Positions 1-14,623 of a stretch of 64,000 nucleotides of DNA are shown in pieces. Both the position numbers and the translations under genes were made by a program. This stretch comes from Eledone cirrhosa. Taxonomy: Eukaryota. Numbering within the stretch: position 1 is the first letter of the stretch; every line of letters begins with the position of its first letter. Below the pieces are notes generated by a model. The model was not told the origin of the DNA. It did no database searches and saw only the letters and a list, made by a program, of their open reading frames with translations. The DNA is taken from NCBI GenBank assembly GCA_964016885.1, contig OZ024740.1:413354001-413418000 (forward strand), in the 5' to 3' direction.

Positions 1-544
1 GGGTTAATCACTTCGATTTGAACAATTACAGGACGTACATACACACCAAGTACCTACTAGGAATGGAAACATTGAGTGCGTAGTTCCAAAAATTGGAGAA
101 ACAGAAAGAAGTGCTCGATAAGCACTGCTTTCGTGTACATTATACACATTCTACATTTTATGTGAATATAGATAACTGTTGCCTCTGTTAGTGTTTATTA
201 AAAACCCGCATCGAATGTATTTCTGTAGTCTACATTGCAACAAACACATGAGTCTCCCGATGAATTCGAACTGGCACTTCGAACAATTGAAAAATACTCA
301 AATTATCAGAGTAACTGCGGGATTGTATCGTGGTGAGCTAATACGTGATCAATACACCACTGGTATGGCGATGTCTATTATATCCCTACTGCCATATAGG
401 ATGCAGCATTCTTGATTTTTGTGCAGGCCAATGGCGTATATTAAGCCATAACATTTCCCGCGCTTGAAACAAGAACATCAACACCTGCAATTTCTAAATC
501 CAAATGCCGCTATATTTCTGGTATTGCTATCCACATCCAAAGTT

Positions 545-676
545 GTGGGTTAGCAGAATTGGCAGAGAATCAGATATATGCCATTGCAGCATTTGTTCTG
601 ACACTTGAGTTCAAATCCAACCGAAGTCAACTTTGCCTTTCATCCGTCCGCAGTTGATACAATTTAATACCAGTTA
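545..676 (+). mobile_element. Diverged tRNA-derived SINE (Nin/Deu-domain family)
   Basis: B-box GAGTTCAAATCC followed by GTCAACTTTGCCTTTCATCC...GATA...TACCAG, the core shared by >15 copies in the window. Confidence 0.7.
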
Positions 677-1424
677 CTAAAGTTAATTTAATCGATAACA
701 TTATGGGTTACTTATAGTGTTGGCATATTCCTGAGTAGTATGCAATGTCCATACATTATTGCCTTGACCTCAGTACCATGATTCTTTGGGGCAGAGTATA
801 TTTTTCAGAGATAACAACTTCGATACATAATGGAATACGGTAGTTTATTACCGGATCATATTGGGAATTCCAAGCATCGAATTTCATCGTAATCTCTTAT
901 AGCATGAACATGATGAGGATTGAAATTTGACACGAATATATCCACTCCCATGAATTATGAAGATAGTAAACAGGATCATTTCAATCAGCTTTTATCTAGT
1001 TTCGCTGTTAGAACACACACCATCAAAAACATTCTATCCGAGTAACATAGAATGTATACATTTGAGAAAAATATTTCATATCTGCTTAACAGTCTACACA
1101 CGAAATGCTATCCACATGTAACTTACATACTCTATGCCAAACCTGGATCATTAACATTTCGATGACATAATGATACATTTGTTGCACTTATTAAGCAAGT
1201 ATTCTTGTTACCAACCATCTCTACCCATAGCTTTAAACGTAGCTTTAAAGGTCTCAATATAGACAAAAATGTTAGATTTTCAGAAAACATAATAAACTTC
1301 TAAAACTACATTACATTTATGATACGTAATATGGTTTTAGGACCCGGGCCACCTACACGTGGGACAATTACTGACACTATAAACTTTTACATGCGGTTCA
1401 AGTTAAAGTAATATTTACATATCT

Positions 1425-1530
1425 AAGGCGCGTGGCTGAGTGGTTAGAGAATTGAATTCGCAATCGTGAGGTTGTGAGTTCGATTCTCGTTATGTCCTTG
1501 GGCAAGACACTTTATTTCACGTTGCTCCTT
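1425..1530 (+). mobile_element. tRNA-derived SINE 5' part, CORE-like family
   Basis: A-box TGGCTGAGTGG, B-box GAGTTCGATTC, then TGTCCTTGGGCAAGACACTTTATTTCACGTTGCTCC, also at 29.98 kb. Confidence 0.7.
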
Positions 1531-1623
1531 CTACCTGGAGTTGCGACCGATATAAAGTATTAGCAATTAGAAAGACCAACGGAAATATTGTTTCCTCGGT
1601 CCGATTTGACGAACGTCGATCGA

Positions 1624-1656
<33 letters not shown>

Positions 1657-2681
1657 AAGACCAATCAACCGATACAGCTTTTGCCATACGCAAATAGGGA
1701 TCGTTCGGCTTTTTGAGAATAGTTCATTTACTAAAATGCTATAATCACAGGTTCACATATGTGATAGAAATCTTTTTGAGTCTCATGAATATATTGTGAA
1801 GGCATTTGCTCCTTTGATGTTCATTCCTGCATATCTCATCCTTCCATACTCGACTGACGGAACCGATTTATCTTCTCCCGTTACGACCGCTGTGCTTCTC
1901 AAACTCTTCCTCTAGATAGTGCTACTTAGAAAGGCAATGCGTAAAAGAAACCGCGTTGCCACACGTTTCTTTGCTGTAGTCGATGTCCTTAAATTGTCTG
2001 AAAACTGACGTATATTGACTCTTTACTTCAGCCTCTAGCTAATATTGATGTAACGGCTAACTAAAAAATGGACATATCCAAACAACTTTGTATGAAGCAA
2101 TTGTGCTTCTTTCAATACCTTTACGTAAGAACGTGACCACAACTAGAAGTTGAGAAGTTGCCTAAATATCGAAAAGTCCAAAACTAATATCTAAAACGAA
2201 GAGAAAATAATTCTAAAAAGGTTCTAGAATTTAACAAAATTGAATATCGGGAATGTGACGAGTAAATTTAATGAGATTATCTTCGCTAACATGATAATAC
2301 TATTAATATTTGATTAATTTATTTTTTAGATTAATTACTATCAATATTGGTGGAACAAGTGCTCACCCTTTTAATCTCCCATTTATTTGTTTTCTAGTGA
2401 AACTCATTTTGACATTTTCCCATCAGTTGTTTTATTGATTATTATTTGTTAAAATATTTCTAAAAGACTTAATCATTCATTTTACGGTTGATATTTTAAT
2501 GTTTTTATTCTTTTAAAAGTGTGAATTTTTCCGAATATCTACGAGCGACGAACTTTGATAAAAGTATTCCCAATGAGATGGATATTAATCAATCTATAAC
2601 ACACACATACACACATACATACCCGCACACACACTTACACACACGCACGCACACACACACAAACCCACACACCCACTCACC

Positions 2682-2715
<34 letters not shown>

Positions 2716-3165
2716 AATATATACATATATATTTATATATATATATATAGTAATAATAGTAATAATAATAAAATTGAAGACTAAAATCCAAAGAGGGCTC
2801 GATAAGGATAAATATATATCAAATATATAAGAACCGTAGACTACGACTTCTGCTATACCATTTACGTGGTTTTGATTTTGCGTGCTATTGTTCTCCACGC
2901 TCCACATATGACATATTATCTTCGTTTTTTCGTTCATTGCCAGAGAACGTCTCTATGCACCACCTAAGAGAACATTAGTCTACGACCTCTTTTATACCAT
3001 AAACGTGGTTCTGTCTTTGCGCGTAATTGTTTTTCACCGCTCCTATTAATGACGTATTATTCGTTTTTTCCCGTTCTTTGCCAGCGAACGTTTCGACGAA
3101 CCAAAGTATCGTCTTCCTGTCTTCCTCCGGTTGCAACATTTTTTGAAATATCCACTTCTGCGTTT

Positions 3166-3241
3166 ACAGATTGACTTTGTTAGTTTCAGAAGATCCCGTT
3201 AAGGGTGAAAGCAGTGATTCTTTGCTTAAACTTTAATCTGT
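3166..3241 (+). ncRNA. Type I hammerhead ribozyme fold, non-canonical CAGAAGA core
   Basis: Stem I AGTTT/AAACT extended by ACAGATTGA/TTAATCTGT; core CAGAAGA; stem II CCC/GGG; GAAA; stem III GCA/TGC; CUU site; AATAAA follows. Confidence 0.7.
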
Positions 3242-3274
3242 TATTTAATAAATATTTGCTCTACGGTGCATTTG

Positions 3275-3884
3275 CTCTACGAAACATTTTCCCCCTACAC
3301 ATAAATATAGTAAAATTTTTAATAGAAATACTATTAAGATTTCTTACTCTACGACTCCTAACCTTGCACATAACATCACAGCTTCAAATTTAGCTAAACT
3401 ACCTAGCCGTAGGAACACGTGCAACCCTGTAGTTAGTGCTAACTGTAATTGTAGGAATCGGGCTGATTGCCCCCTATCCGAGAAATGCCTCTCTAGTAAC
3501 ATTGTCTACAAATGTAAGGTTGTAACACCCACGTCCCGTAGGGCCTACATAGGGTTAACCGCCAATAGTTTCAAGCAGCGTCTTTACATGCATACCCATT
3601 CTTTTCGTTACCCTCTAAGAAGGAATATGACGTCACTTTCAGCTTATATCTGGAGTCTAAAAGACAACCACACCCAATATAAGTTACACTGGGAGATCCT
3701 AGCTAGGGCTAGATCGTATAACGGAAATAAAAGACCATGTGACCTCTGCGCCGCTGAGGCCCTGGAAATACTCTATGCCACAGACCACATCTTAAACAAA
3801 AAATCTGAGGCAATTTCGGCTTGTAAACATAAATTGCACAAAACTTTCCTGTATTACAGCCCAACGTTATACCCTAACGGATAG
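3275..3884 (+). pseudogene. PLE ORF C-terminus: linker plus GIY-YIG endonuclease
   Basis: ISYSTTPNL...CNCRNRADCPLSEKCLSSNIVYKCKV...AYIGLTANSFKQR...WEILARARSY...CDLCAAE...LNKKSE...CKH; open from ~3345 and in frame with ORF 3588-3884, frameshifted upstream. Confidence 0.9.
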
Positions 3885-4802
3885 TACGATCTATACGTGG
3901 ATATTTTACGTCTTGATGTGGTAGCTAAGTATATGTTTTGTTTATTCCTTTACTTATTTGCATAGGTAAGTATATATTACCCGTATGTTTTGTGAAGGTA
4001 TGTATACCTTCTCGTACGTATATTTGATTGTTATGGCGTATAATTTTTATATATTCTGGTATTTAGGGCTTGGCTATGTGTATACGGGAGTTTTGCCTCT
4101 GCGTGAGTATGCAGGTTCGTACGTATGGTGGGTGTGTGTATATGTGTACTTCTTGTTTTAGTTGACTTACGTCTCCGAACATTCGTGTATTTATATGTAG
4201 GTATGTGTGTGCGCTTGTTATATACGTATTTATTTACTTATATACGTTTATATAATTATTTATTTATTTCTACACAAGCATACACACACACACATATTTA
4301 CATGTGCGTGGTTTTGTATACCTATGGTAAAGTTTTGGGTATGCTTGTGTATGTACGTATTTGTTTGCGTGTGCGTATTTATTTATTTCTATTACTTCTG
4401 TATTGTATTTATTTACTTTGTTCTTAACTCTGTAGCGGAGATTCATTTGGTCTCCTAGTTAGAATTTTAGTCTACGACTTCTGCTATACCATTTACGTGG
4501 TTTTGTTTTTGCGTGCTATTGTTCTCTACGCCCCACATATGACTTATTATCTTCGTTTTCTCGTTCATTGCCAGAGAACGAGAACGTCTTTATGCACCAC
4601 CTAAGAGAACATTAGTCTACGACCTCTTTTATACCATAAACGTGGTTCTGTCTTTGCGCGTAATTGTTTTTCACCGCTCCTATTAATGACGTATTATTCG
4701 TTTTTTCCCGTTCTTTGCCAGCGAACGTTACTACGAACCAAAGTATCGTCTTCCTGTCTTCCTCCGGTTGCAACGTTTTTTGAAATATCCACTTCTGCGT
4801 TT

Positions 4803-4878
4803 ACAGATTGACTTTGTTAGTTTCAGAAGATCCCGTTAAGGGTGAAAGCAGCGATTCTTTGCTTAAACTTTAATCTGT
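4803..4878 (+). ncRNA. Type I hammerhead fold, CAGAAGA core (second pLTR)
   Basis: Near-identical to 3166-3241. Confidence 0.7.
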
Positions 4879-4904
4879 TATTTAATAAATATATATATAT
4901 ATAT

Positions 4905-5557
<653 letters not shown>

Positions 5558-8229
5558 TGAGTATGTGTGTGGGGGGGGGGCATATATAGAGAGAGAGAGA
5601 AAGAGAGAGAGAGAGTGGTATCAAACGTTGTAAAAGATAACATTTGAAAACAGCCGTGTTTGGTGTTTTGTTATTACAGATTGTATTTTATGAGAAATGA
5701 TATTCAATTAGTTGCTGACTGAGTGCCAGTACTTACAGTGTACTGGTCCCATTTTTCTGTGTTCAAATTCCAGCTGGAATTGTTTTAAAGTTTCTTCACT
5801 CTTGAATACATAAATTTCATATCAGCAATATCACCTTCGATTGAATTGTTTAAACAACTAACCTAGAACGTTGTATCTATGGCAAAATTCAGTATTACCT
5901 TATGTTGTCCACTATCTTTGTGTAGTGTATGTATACGTGTGTGACTGTATGTGTGTGTTATTGTATATGTGTTGTTCCTATGAGTGTGTTTAAAGTTGAG
6001 AATGCGTATTTAAGGATGTGTATGCGGTGAATGATCTATATTAAGATGTAAATTGACACTTTGTCAACAACTCATGATATTTGATATTCTTTGATATTTC
6101 ACAAAGCGTTGGTGCCCAGCATGGATGGAGTCTAATATAAAAGAGTAGAAGAATGTATATATAATATATATTAAAACACGTAGGAAGATCCCATTCACCA
6201 TATTATTTCTAGGCAATTTGTAGCTGTGGGTATTTATACGTATGTGAGCATTTGTGATTGTATATATACGTGGCATACAGAAGGAGGTAAAGTTTCAGCC
6301 AATTTGAAGCCTATACATGCCACATATGCTGCCAGTGTGGTATCTTTCTATGTTTCACATAATTGCAGTAATTGCTTAGAGAAAAACTGAAATCTTAAAG
6401 TTGTATACTTTTCGCCATGCATATCCTTCATCACTGAAGGAATGAAATCGGATATGAAGTCTCAGTTTCCATTAGATTTAAGCTCTATAAATTCCTTTCT
6501 ATTATGCAGTGTCAATATGAGGCATTACTTTTAAAATATAGTAAAATTGCTGCGGAAGAGTTGTCTCTATCAAGAAGCCATGCTAACATTTTACAGATGC
6601 GAATTTAAGGTTTACTTCGATAGAGTGTAGTAGCATACAAATGATGTTATGAATACCAAAATGTCAGAGACGCTGAGATATTATTTTAGCTTCAAAACAA
6701 TATTTATGATTTAAGTAATACTTTTAATTTCCTACGATATAAAGTTAGATTTATATGAAATAAAAGAGTTATTTCATACATCTCATTCCTAAAATTCTGT
6801 CGTCTAATAAATATAATGTATACAAAACTATTTACGTGGTGACTTTTAGATTTGATGGAGTAACAAAAGAACCTTAGGAAGTTCACATATATGAACCCCA
6901 GAGGCGACAAATAAAGAAATGAATTTACTAGTGATTCGGCAACTGGTAAAGAAATATAGTGTTAGAGATTCCAATGAATAAATAGTATAGCTTGATTATA
7001 TTTCAGATTCGTTCTTTATTTCCGCTGTACAAACTCCAAATCTACTTCTTTAATATGTATAAAGACTAAGATAATTTCTACTTCACGCTTTACATTTTGG
7101 AAATTTATCACATTTTTCGATATATCCAAGAACATACAAAAGCTAATCTACACTGGTTGAATTGACAGAGAACATGGTTACATGATATGTACGTTTTGTT
7201 CGTTCCATAATATATTAAATAAATATACGGCGTTATTGATAAACAGAACTGCTAATCAAATGTTTATTACAAGAGCAACGTATTTCGCCCGGAAGTCATT
7301 CCTCTTCTTCTCTATAATGACTAAATATATAAAACGGAATTCCTTATATAGCTTTTATTCGAGATCTCATAAAAGTCATTGAAGAAAAGTGCAGCAGATC
7401 ACATTAAATGATGCAGATATAAGACGAAAAACGAGTGTATGAATTATTAAATACGGAAGGAGGTAAAGACGATGTTTTCATAAATGGGTAAGTAAATGTT
7501 TTCTACCAATGACATCAAGAAATATTAATTTAGGAATGAAAAGCAGCCTCGAATTCTAGATCTATTAATGTAAACATGAAATGAAGCGCCTGTATTAATT
7601 ATCTACCAGCATACTTTTCTTTGAAAGGGCGTAAATTTATTGAAAATGTAGACTGATATCCTAATTGTATTTAGTAGTTTCCCCAAATATTTGACGTTCG
7701 ATTCCTGCTAATTTCGACAGTTCATTTACTTGTGACGTAGGTAAAAGCACTGTAGTAGTTGTGAATTTTAAAAATATATTAGAAATCTAGTTGCATGGAG
7801 TTGCACCAAGTGCCTTTGGATGTTTTGATTTCCATGGAGTTTAGCGATGGAATCCTCTGTTTCTCTGCTTATGCAGATTATGTATGTATGGACTTGTAAC
7901 TCCTGAGTGTATCGTAGGAGCAGCATCGTGAGATACGGGATGAGCAGTTTACGACGAGAGCCCATCTGCTCTAGGTTTGTACTCAGTCGATTTTTTTCTT
8001 CGATAATATGAAAGGCAAAGTAAATAAATGTGGCATTGAACATAGAAGGAAAAGATTCACAACAAATATCGTCAAGCATTCTATCCAACGATCAAATGAT
8101 TGGTAAATCACCGACTCTAAGCAAATATCTTCTATTTTCTAAAAGCGACACTATCCATTACACAACAATTAGACGATTGAAGTAATTTGTCAAGATAAGT
8201 AAACCGATGGAGCCGGTGGAATAAAATAA

Positions 8230-8414
8230 TAATTGTTTCTACTTTTGGCACAAGGCCAGCAAATACCCAGTGCATTATTGTACTTTATTTTATCGACCCC
8301 GTAAGGATGAAAGGCAAAGTTAACCTCGGCGGGATTTGAACTCAGATCATAAAGGGAGGTAACTCTATGCTTCAAAGCATGGCGTCTGACCCTCTACCGA
8401 TACTCCCAATCCAC
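8230..8414 (-). mobile_element. tRNA-derived SINE (Nin/Deu-domain family)
   Basis: Reverse complement of the 33195-33383 family consensus, ending GCCAAAAGTAGAAACAATT. Confidence 0.85.
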
Positions 8415-8901
8415 ATACATGTATGTATGCATGTATGTAGGGAGAGATGACCCCCTAGCCTTTGTCAAGGCAGAATTCTAGGAGAAGTAAAACTCTGATA
8501 TAACACCTGCAACCCTGATGGTATCCAATGATGTTGACTTGTTATTCCTTTTCGTAAATATCATCTTGGTTAAGAGAGTGGGACTGGCTTTGTGCAGTGC
8601 CTTTGCTCACTATAAAAGCTTCACGGCACAGGCATTGCTTTATATCTGGAGATCTCTCTGCACTTGTCGTTACATGGTACCATGGGCCCAGCACTATGTG
8701 TCAATAATTGTCACAAGTGTAGTGTCTGTACCAGAGTTTTCATGTCGCTGGCTGGACTAAAAAGTCACACTCGTTCAGTGCATCGGTAGGGTTTCTCCTA
8801 CATGGATATAAAGTAGTGGCCGTACTCGAAAACTAGTTGGCAGCCACCATGTATGTATCCCTATATTATTAACAGACGTGAGTGCGTACTTAAGTACTTA
8901 G

Positions 8902-8964
8902 TTCTTCTTCTTCTTCTTCTTCTTCTTCTTCTTCTTCTTCTTCTTCTTCTTCTTCTTCTTCTTC
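8902..8964. repeat. (TTC)n microsatellite, possibly the tail of a GC-richer retroposon at ~8440-8900
   Basis: Perfect TTC run. Confidence 0.9.
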
Positions 8965-11691
8965 TAAATAAATAAATACGAGAAAGCGCTATTATGGGAA
9001 GAGATCAATTTGTGAAGTTATTTCACTCTATTAGACTAAGAATTTTGATGAAAAAGCATCAATGCAACATTTTCTATGGTTGTCTTCCTTTAAATATATT
9101 TCTTGCGTCTATACAAAAATGTAAAATTATTCATTGCAAAAGAATGATAGAAACTGTGACTTACTGCTTTACTATTTATTGAGAGCCTATATATTTTCAG
9201 TACAGACCCTGTCATAGGCCCATACATCTTTTATGGTAAGATCTGCAAAAAACCTCTTTATTGGCAATGAAAATCAAGGTTGTCTGGTTATCGTCCAATA
9301 TCGTTTATTGTATTCTCTCTGGTGGATGTAGTTGTTTCTTTTAGTTCACGGTTCTTGTTTATTGTTGTTCATGCTGCTGTATTTATATGAGCACGTATCG
9401 CCACTTATTTCACTACGTAATCGTGTCTAAAGAACTAGAGAAAACCAAACTGGCGTAACAAATGTCAATTAATTATTTCTTGCCTCAAGTACGAAAATAC
9501 TAGAGAAACCTTTGTGACAGTATTATTTGATTACAGTAATGCAACTTTATAGTATTTCCCTCTCGTGTTTAATGAAGTGATTGATTTAGAAAATGTAATG
9601 TTTATCGTAGTAGACGTTATCGAAAAACTCACAAACGTATTGTCATCACTTAAGTTATTTGCAAGTACGATTGTTTCTAATATTATACATATTTCAAAGG
9701 GATAGTCTAAAGAAACAGTTTGTATGGCCATTTGCTTCATTTGACACTAATCCACTGCCATTTGAATTTACAAAATGTATATAGTATGGTCTAAAAAGGT
9801 AAGGAGTCGTGGACATTGCTTCTCGAACCCTTGAATAAAATGTCGTTCCTTCATGCAGCATGTAAGGAGTGCTACAAATAACTGGGCATTGGCGAAAACA
9901 TAGCGCAGTAAGCATGACCAAATAATATACCAGACTTCACAAATATGCAAATCAGAACAATATACTTACAACCCAATACCACGTAAGGCATTTGCAGTAC
10001 CAGTATGAATGGTAATATCTGGGATACTTGACTAAAAAAGAGGAATTGCAATATATATATGAAAATCCGCCTAAACCTAACATCAAATGGAAGATTCTAT
10101 AAAAATGTGATATCTGCAGGTTTAACCAAAGTTGACAGGGAGTGCAGGCTTAACATAAGTACAGACACATTTTGTATGTGAGATGTTATCGTTTCGAGAG
10201 CATCTGCTAAGCAATAACTGTGAAAAATAAATACGTTAACCAAGTGCTCAAAATTGAAATGAACAACATTCTACAGGTCGGTGGTGAAGATGTACTCACT
10301 TCCAGATTGCAAAAGAACTACCTAGAAGAGAAACACATTAGATACCAATAAAATGTTACTTATATTGCATACTTGGCATGCAGTGAAATCTCCCATTAAC
10401 TCTTGACCGTTACATCACGTGACATATCGAATGTTGTGCTTTTGCAATACAAGAATAAAATATGGCTAGGAAAACATCAATGCCAAAACATGGAAGGAAG
10501 CTCTTAAAGTCCCAATATACAAACGAAGATATTGAATATGTACTGCAAAAGGTTAGCTTCCATCTTATATATTCATCTTTTCCGAAATGAAAAATAAACC
10601 GATTATTTTCTGAGAATTAATTCTAAACCTTTAGCTCTTTTATTCAAGTTATAATATAAATGCAGATATATCCATGAATATTGTTGTACTTAACTATGTT
10701 AGTAAACGTCTAAATAACAATTTGTAAAGGTTAGGGCTTTCAGGCGAACCAGTTGAACAACTATACATCTATATGTATAACAGTAAAATTATACAACTGA
10801 TTTTTAAAGTTAAACAGGGGAACATTGTTTCACACAAACTCCGGCGTGATGCATTGTTTCCTTGTGAGAAATCGGTTCCAACATCACATTCAATTAAAAT
10901 AATTAAACTGATGTCTAGAATTGAAAAAGAGAGAATTAGAATAAAGTACATAGCGAGGAAGGATTATTATTAAATGATCAATATTAGCTTTTCTTTTTTT
11001 TTCTTTTTCTTTTCGGGGTGGGGAGTTTCTTTCAGTTTTCTGGCTAATGTCAGAGTCAAGTTCAGAATGATTTCCATTCTTTCGGCATCGATATTCTGTG
11101 AACTCATAGCCTAATTGTAACACGTTAAATTGTAAAGATCGCATTTAAATGTAAATATACAGAGATGTAGATTTGTTGGCTTAATTAGAATTGCTTGAGA
11201 ACTAAATAATTCTGAGATGTTATCTTTATTATAAACTGTAGTTACGTGCATGTCAATACATCTAAACCAAGGAAGATTACAAACTAAAGTCAAATATAAA
11301 GAGCTATAAGAAAATAGTTTATATAGTCATTGTTTAGTATTGTAGAATCTGTTCAGTAGAAGAAACGGAAGATAGCTCGGGGGACGTATCTACCTTATTT
11401 GTGTTGCTTTTAGGATTTGAAAATAAAATGACTGTAATGGATCAAAATTTAGAACAAGTTACATGGATAGAAATGTGGCAAAATATCTGAAAACTAAAGA
11501 GTATTTGACGAGAATGAGATAATGTCAAGAATAGGCCATTTATATTTTTCTTAACTGAATAGTTGATTTAGAAAGATATTCCCGAAAGAATGAAGCCAAA
11601 GCATTAAGAGGAAATGATAATATAATACTTAGATTATATGTCGTGGTCAAAGCTAGGAGATTATATGTAGAGGAAATTTCTATGAATATTT

Positions 11692-11920
11692 ATTGGAGAC
11701 TTCTTGTGTCCTTGGCCCTAGGGCTACCTCCATACTCACCACCATAGGCACTGAGCTGCCCAGCCGCAGCTGTGAACCTCGCGAGCTGGAATGGCTTTTC
11801 CATCGTGTATCCCTTGCCGCCCTCCGGGAAAACGCCTTCTCCATTCTGTCCGCCGGGGCTGTGGGGAGGCCACCAATATGATTGACTGACTTGTCATTTT
11901 ATCAGTCAGATGTTCTAATG

Positions 11921-11925
<5 letters not shown>
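11692..11925 (+). mobile_element. 3' end of a CRE-type non-LTR retrotransposon (restriction-like endonuclease C-terminus)
   Basis: ETSCVLGPRA...IG...EPRELEWLFHRVSLAALRENAFSIL resembles the ETxGxxG...WLxQRxSxAxxRGNA motif; GC-rich island; second copy at 29.25 kb. Confidence 0.7.
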
Positions 11926-11959
<34 letters not shown>

Positions 11960-13399
11960 GTTAATAGTTTTCACATATCTTCGAGGAGGATGTGTTTTCT
12001 TTAGTGAAGTATAGCTAATTAATATGGATTACAATGTAAAACAGAGTTAAAAGCTGTTGGATGTTTCAGATATTAACAAAGAAAAATAAATTAGGATACG
12101 CCTTATGAAAGTAGATATTAACATGCGCATGTTTAGTAACTCAACTATAAGTGGCGGGATTCATATCGAAACTCCCTTTCTGTCTCTTTTACCTCTAGAG
12201 CACGAACTACAGAGGTTCAAACTGAACATTAACTCTATCGATTTAACAAGTCAAAGTTCATACACACTACCACTCTTCCACACACTAAATAATAAAAATT
12301 CTGTAAATTTTCGATGCCTCGATTAGTAGCAAATCACACCATAAACGTGGTTAACTGTTATTCTGTCAGATCTCAATGACAATGTCACCGAATACCAATA
12401 ATATATCAATCCATTTTTTTCATAAGTGTATTTATCTTTATAACATCAGAGAAAATCTAGCCTTTCTTGCAGGCTGCAGGCGGACGATGATTTTCTTGGT
12501 AATTTGCCAAATATTTTGTTGCAATCTCACCATTTCTTTCCCTCTGCAATTCTTTCGCCTCGCCGATATAAATTATGAGTCATCAATATCAAGTAACCTC
12601 ACTACTAGAGATTTAATTTTGAAACTATATTCTTCTCAGCTTATCAATATTGATTTCTTAAACAAAACATCAAAGGAGAATTACGATTGTATGGTGCTCA
12701 TGCTCTTCACTAGTATATTCTGATACAAATGAAATGATATGACTGAATTGGTCTGCCGTCTAATATAATGATATCTAGCTAAAGCCTACACATATCCATA
12801 AGAAAGTAAAATTCACAATATGTGAAATACTTATATTTCAAAATGAGACCTAATCTAGTAGATTTATGTTCATACTACAGTGGTTGCAAGCTCATCGATA
12901 ATGTATCCCATTATAGAGTCGGGAGATGGTCAGATTGAATGTTTTGCTGGCTACGTTAAAATTCCTTTGAGACCAATTTTGGTTTTTGCCATGTTGGTAT
13001 CGATATATGAGGCACCTATTAAGTACTTGAGGGTCTATTTCTCTCGCTCTCTCACTTTCTCTCTCTTTCTCTCTCTTTCTCTTTCTCACATTTGCTTTCT
13101 TTATATATCTCCCTAACTACCTCTTTAACTCTCTCTCTCTCTCTTTCTTACTCCCTGGAATAAATAAATTTGGAGAGGGATTGGTTGCACCAGGTTTAAT
13201 TACTCAAAAGATGCTGCATAATACGGCAGCACCTTTACGACTTTATCAGACGCGAACGTTAGAAAATAGCAGGTAACACCCTTCACGTATTGAAAATTAT
13301 CTGAAGGACTAGAATCAGCGTTATTTAAACAATGTTAAATCTAACAAAAGTTGATATCACATGTATATAAAAATGTATAAATCCTTTATACTAGAGTGT

Positions 13400-13897
13400 C
13401 TCTATCCCTCTCTAGGGCAGGTGAAATTCCCGAGATCCATGGACGAGTTCTCTCCAGCGGTATCTGTCCCTCATCATCGCTGCCACGTCCTGCGTCTCCA
13501 AGAGACCAGTGTCTGTCCTTAGGACATCAACATACGTTAACCTCGGTCTCCCTCTCCCTGTGTGTCCATGCATGGGCTCCCACATGAGCACTGCGGGCAG
13601 GCTCAACTCTGAATGTCGGTGAGCATGTCCAGCTAACCTCAGTATCCTCTGGGCTATTCTCGAGCTGACTTTTGGGAGGCTCCCGTACAGCTCTGAGTTC
13701 TTCATCCTCAGTGTATACTGATTAATGTTCAGAGCCATCCTCAGCATTCTCATGTAACACCCATCCACTATTGGAGTGAGCTTCTTGGTCCGTGTCCAAG
13801 TCTCAGACCCGTACAGCAGCACAGACTCCACTACAGCAACAAAGAGAGAGACGGATCTTCAGGTCTCCACGAAGGTCCGACTTCCACACCGATCTCA
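13400..13897 (-). mobile_element. 5'-truncated RTE-clade LINE with 12-bp target-site duplication
   Basis: ESVLLYGSETWT...RMLRMALNI...RLAGHAHRH...GRGRPRLTY (RTE C-terminus); ATACTAGAGTGT at 13388-13399 and 13898-13909. Confidence 0.9.
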
Positions 13898-14623
13898 ATA
13901 CTAGAGTGTTTAAAACTATAATGAACGCTCTCTCTTCGACGTCTAGTTATAATACACTCAATATAAGTTCTTCGATAATGTACACTTCTAGTCTTAATAT
14001 CTGTACACTACCACCATTCGAGGTTTGGTATCAATTTTAATCTTAGTGCGAGCATAAATTATGTGATTTCTTTGATTTGATTTTTTTTTTTTCTGTCTCG
14101 TGAAAATAAGTTTGCGATATATATACCGCATTATAAAATGCTGAAATATTTCCATTATTCTCATATCAATGAATGTATAATGAATATATAATTATTTTCT
14201 ATAATATCATATTAATATTCTAGCTTAATATCTCAGCTGTCTCCGCATTACGCAAGAAGTTATAGACAACAAATAAAATGTATAGCCATTTGGTTAAGAA
14301 ATTCACTTCAAAATCACATATTTCGGGTTTGATCTTTATACACTACATAGGGTGGTGCATTAAAATATTAGTCTACGCTTTGAGCTTGATTTATCTATTA
14401 CATTTATCCCACGTAGTAAATAATATAAAACAACGATCTGAAGATAGAAAGGAACAAGTATAGCCATTGAGAATGTCACAGAATATGTGCTGAATTATCT
14501 TAGACTATTAGGTATTCATCCGGTTACTAAACTAACGGAGGAAGGGTATTAGTTACCTGAATAATACTAAAATAGAAGTTAAAGTTGTGTTTCTATTAAC
14601 ACCATAAGCGCACAAAAGAATAA

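Larger units (their letters stand above)
2750..4890 (+). mobile_element. 5'-truncated Penelope-like element with direct pLTRs (about 2838-3260 and 4469-4890) and a short inverted tail (2750-2840)
   Basis: ~420-bp near-identical direct repeats flank a GIY-YIG coding fragment. 2770-2840 is the reverse complement of the tail that follows the same pLTR at 21745-21815. (TA)n on both sides. Confidence 0.85.
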
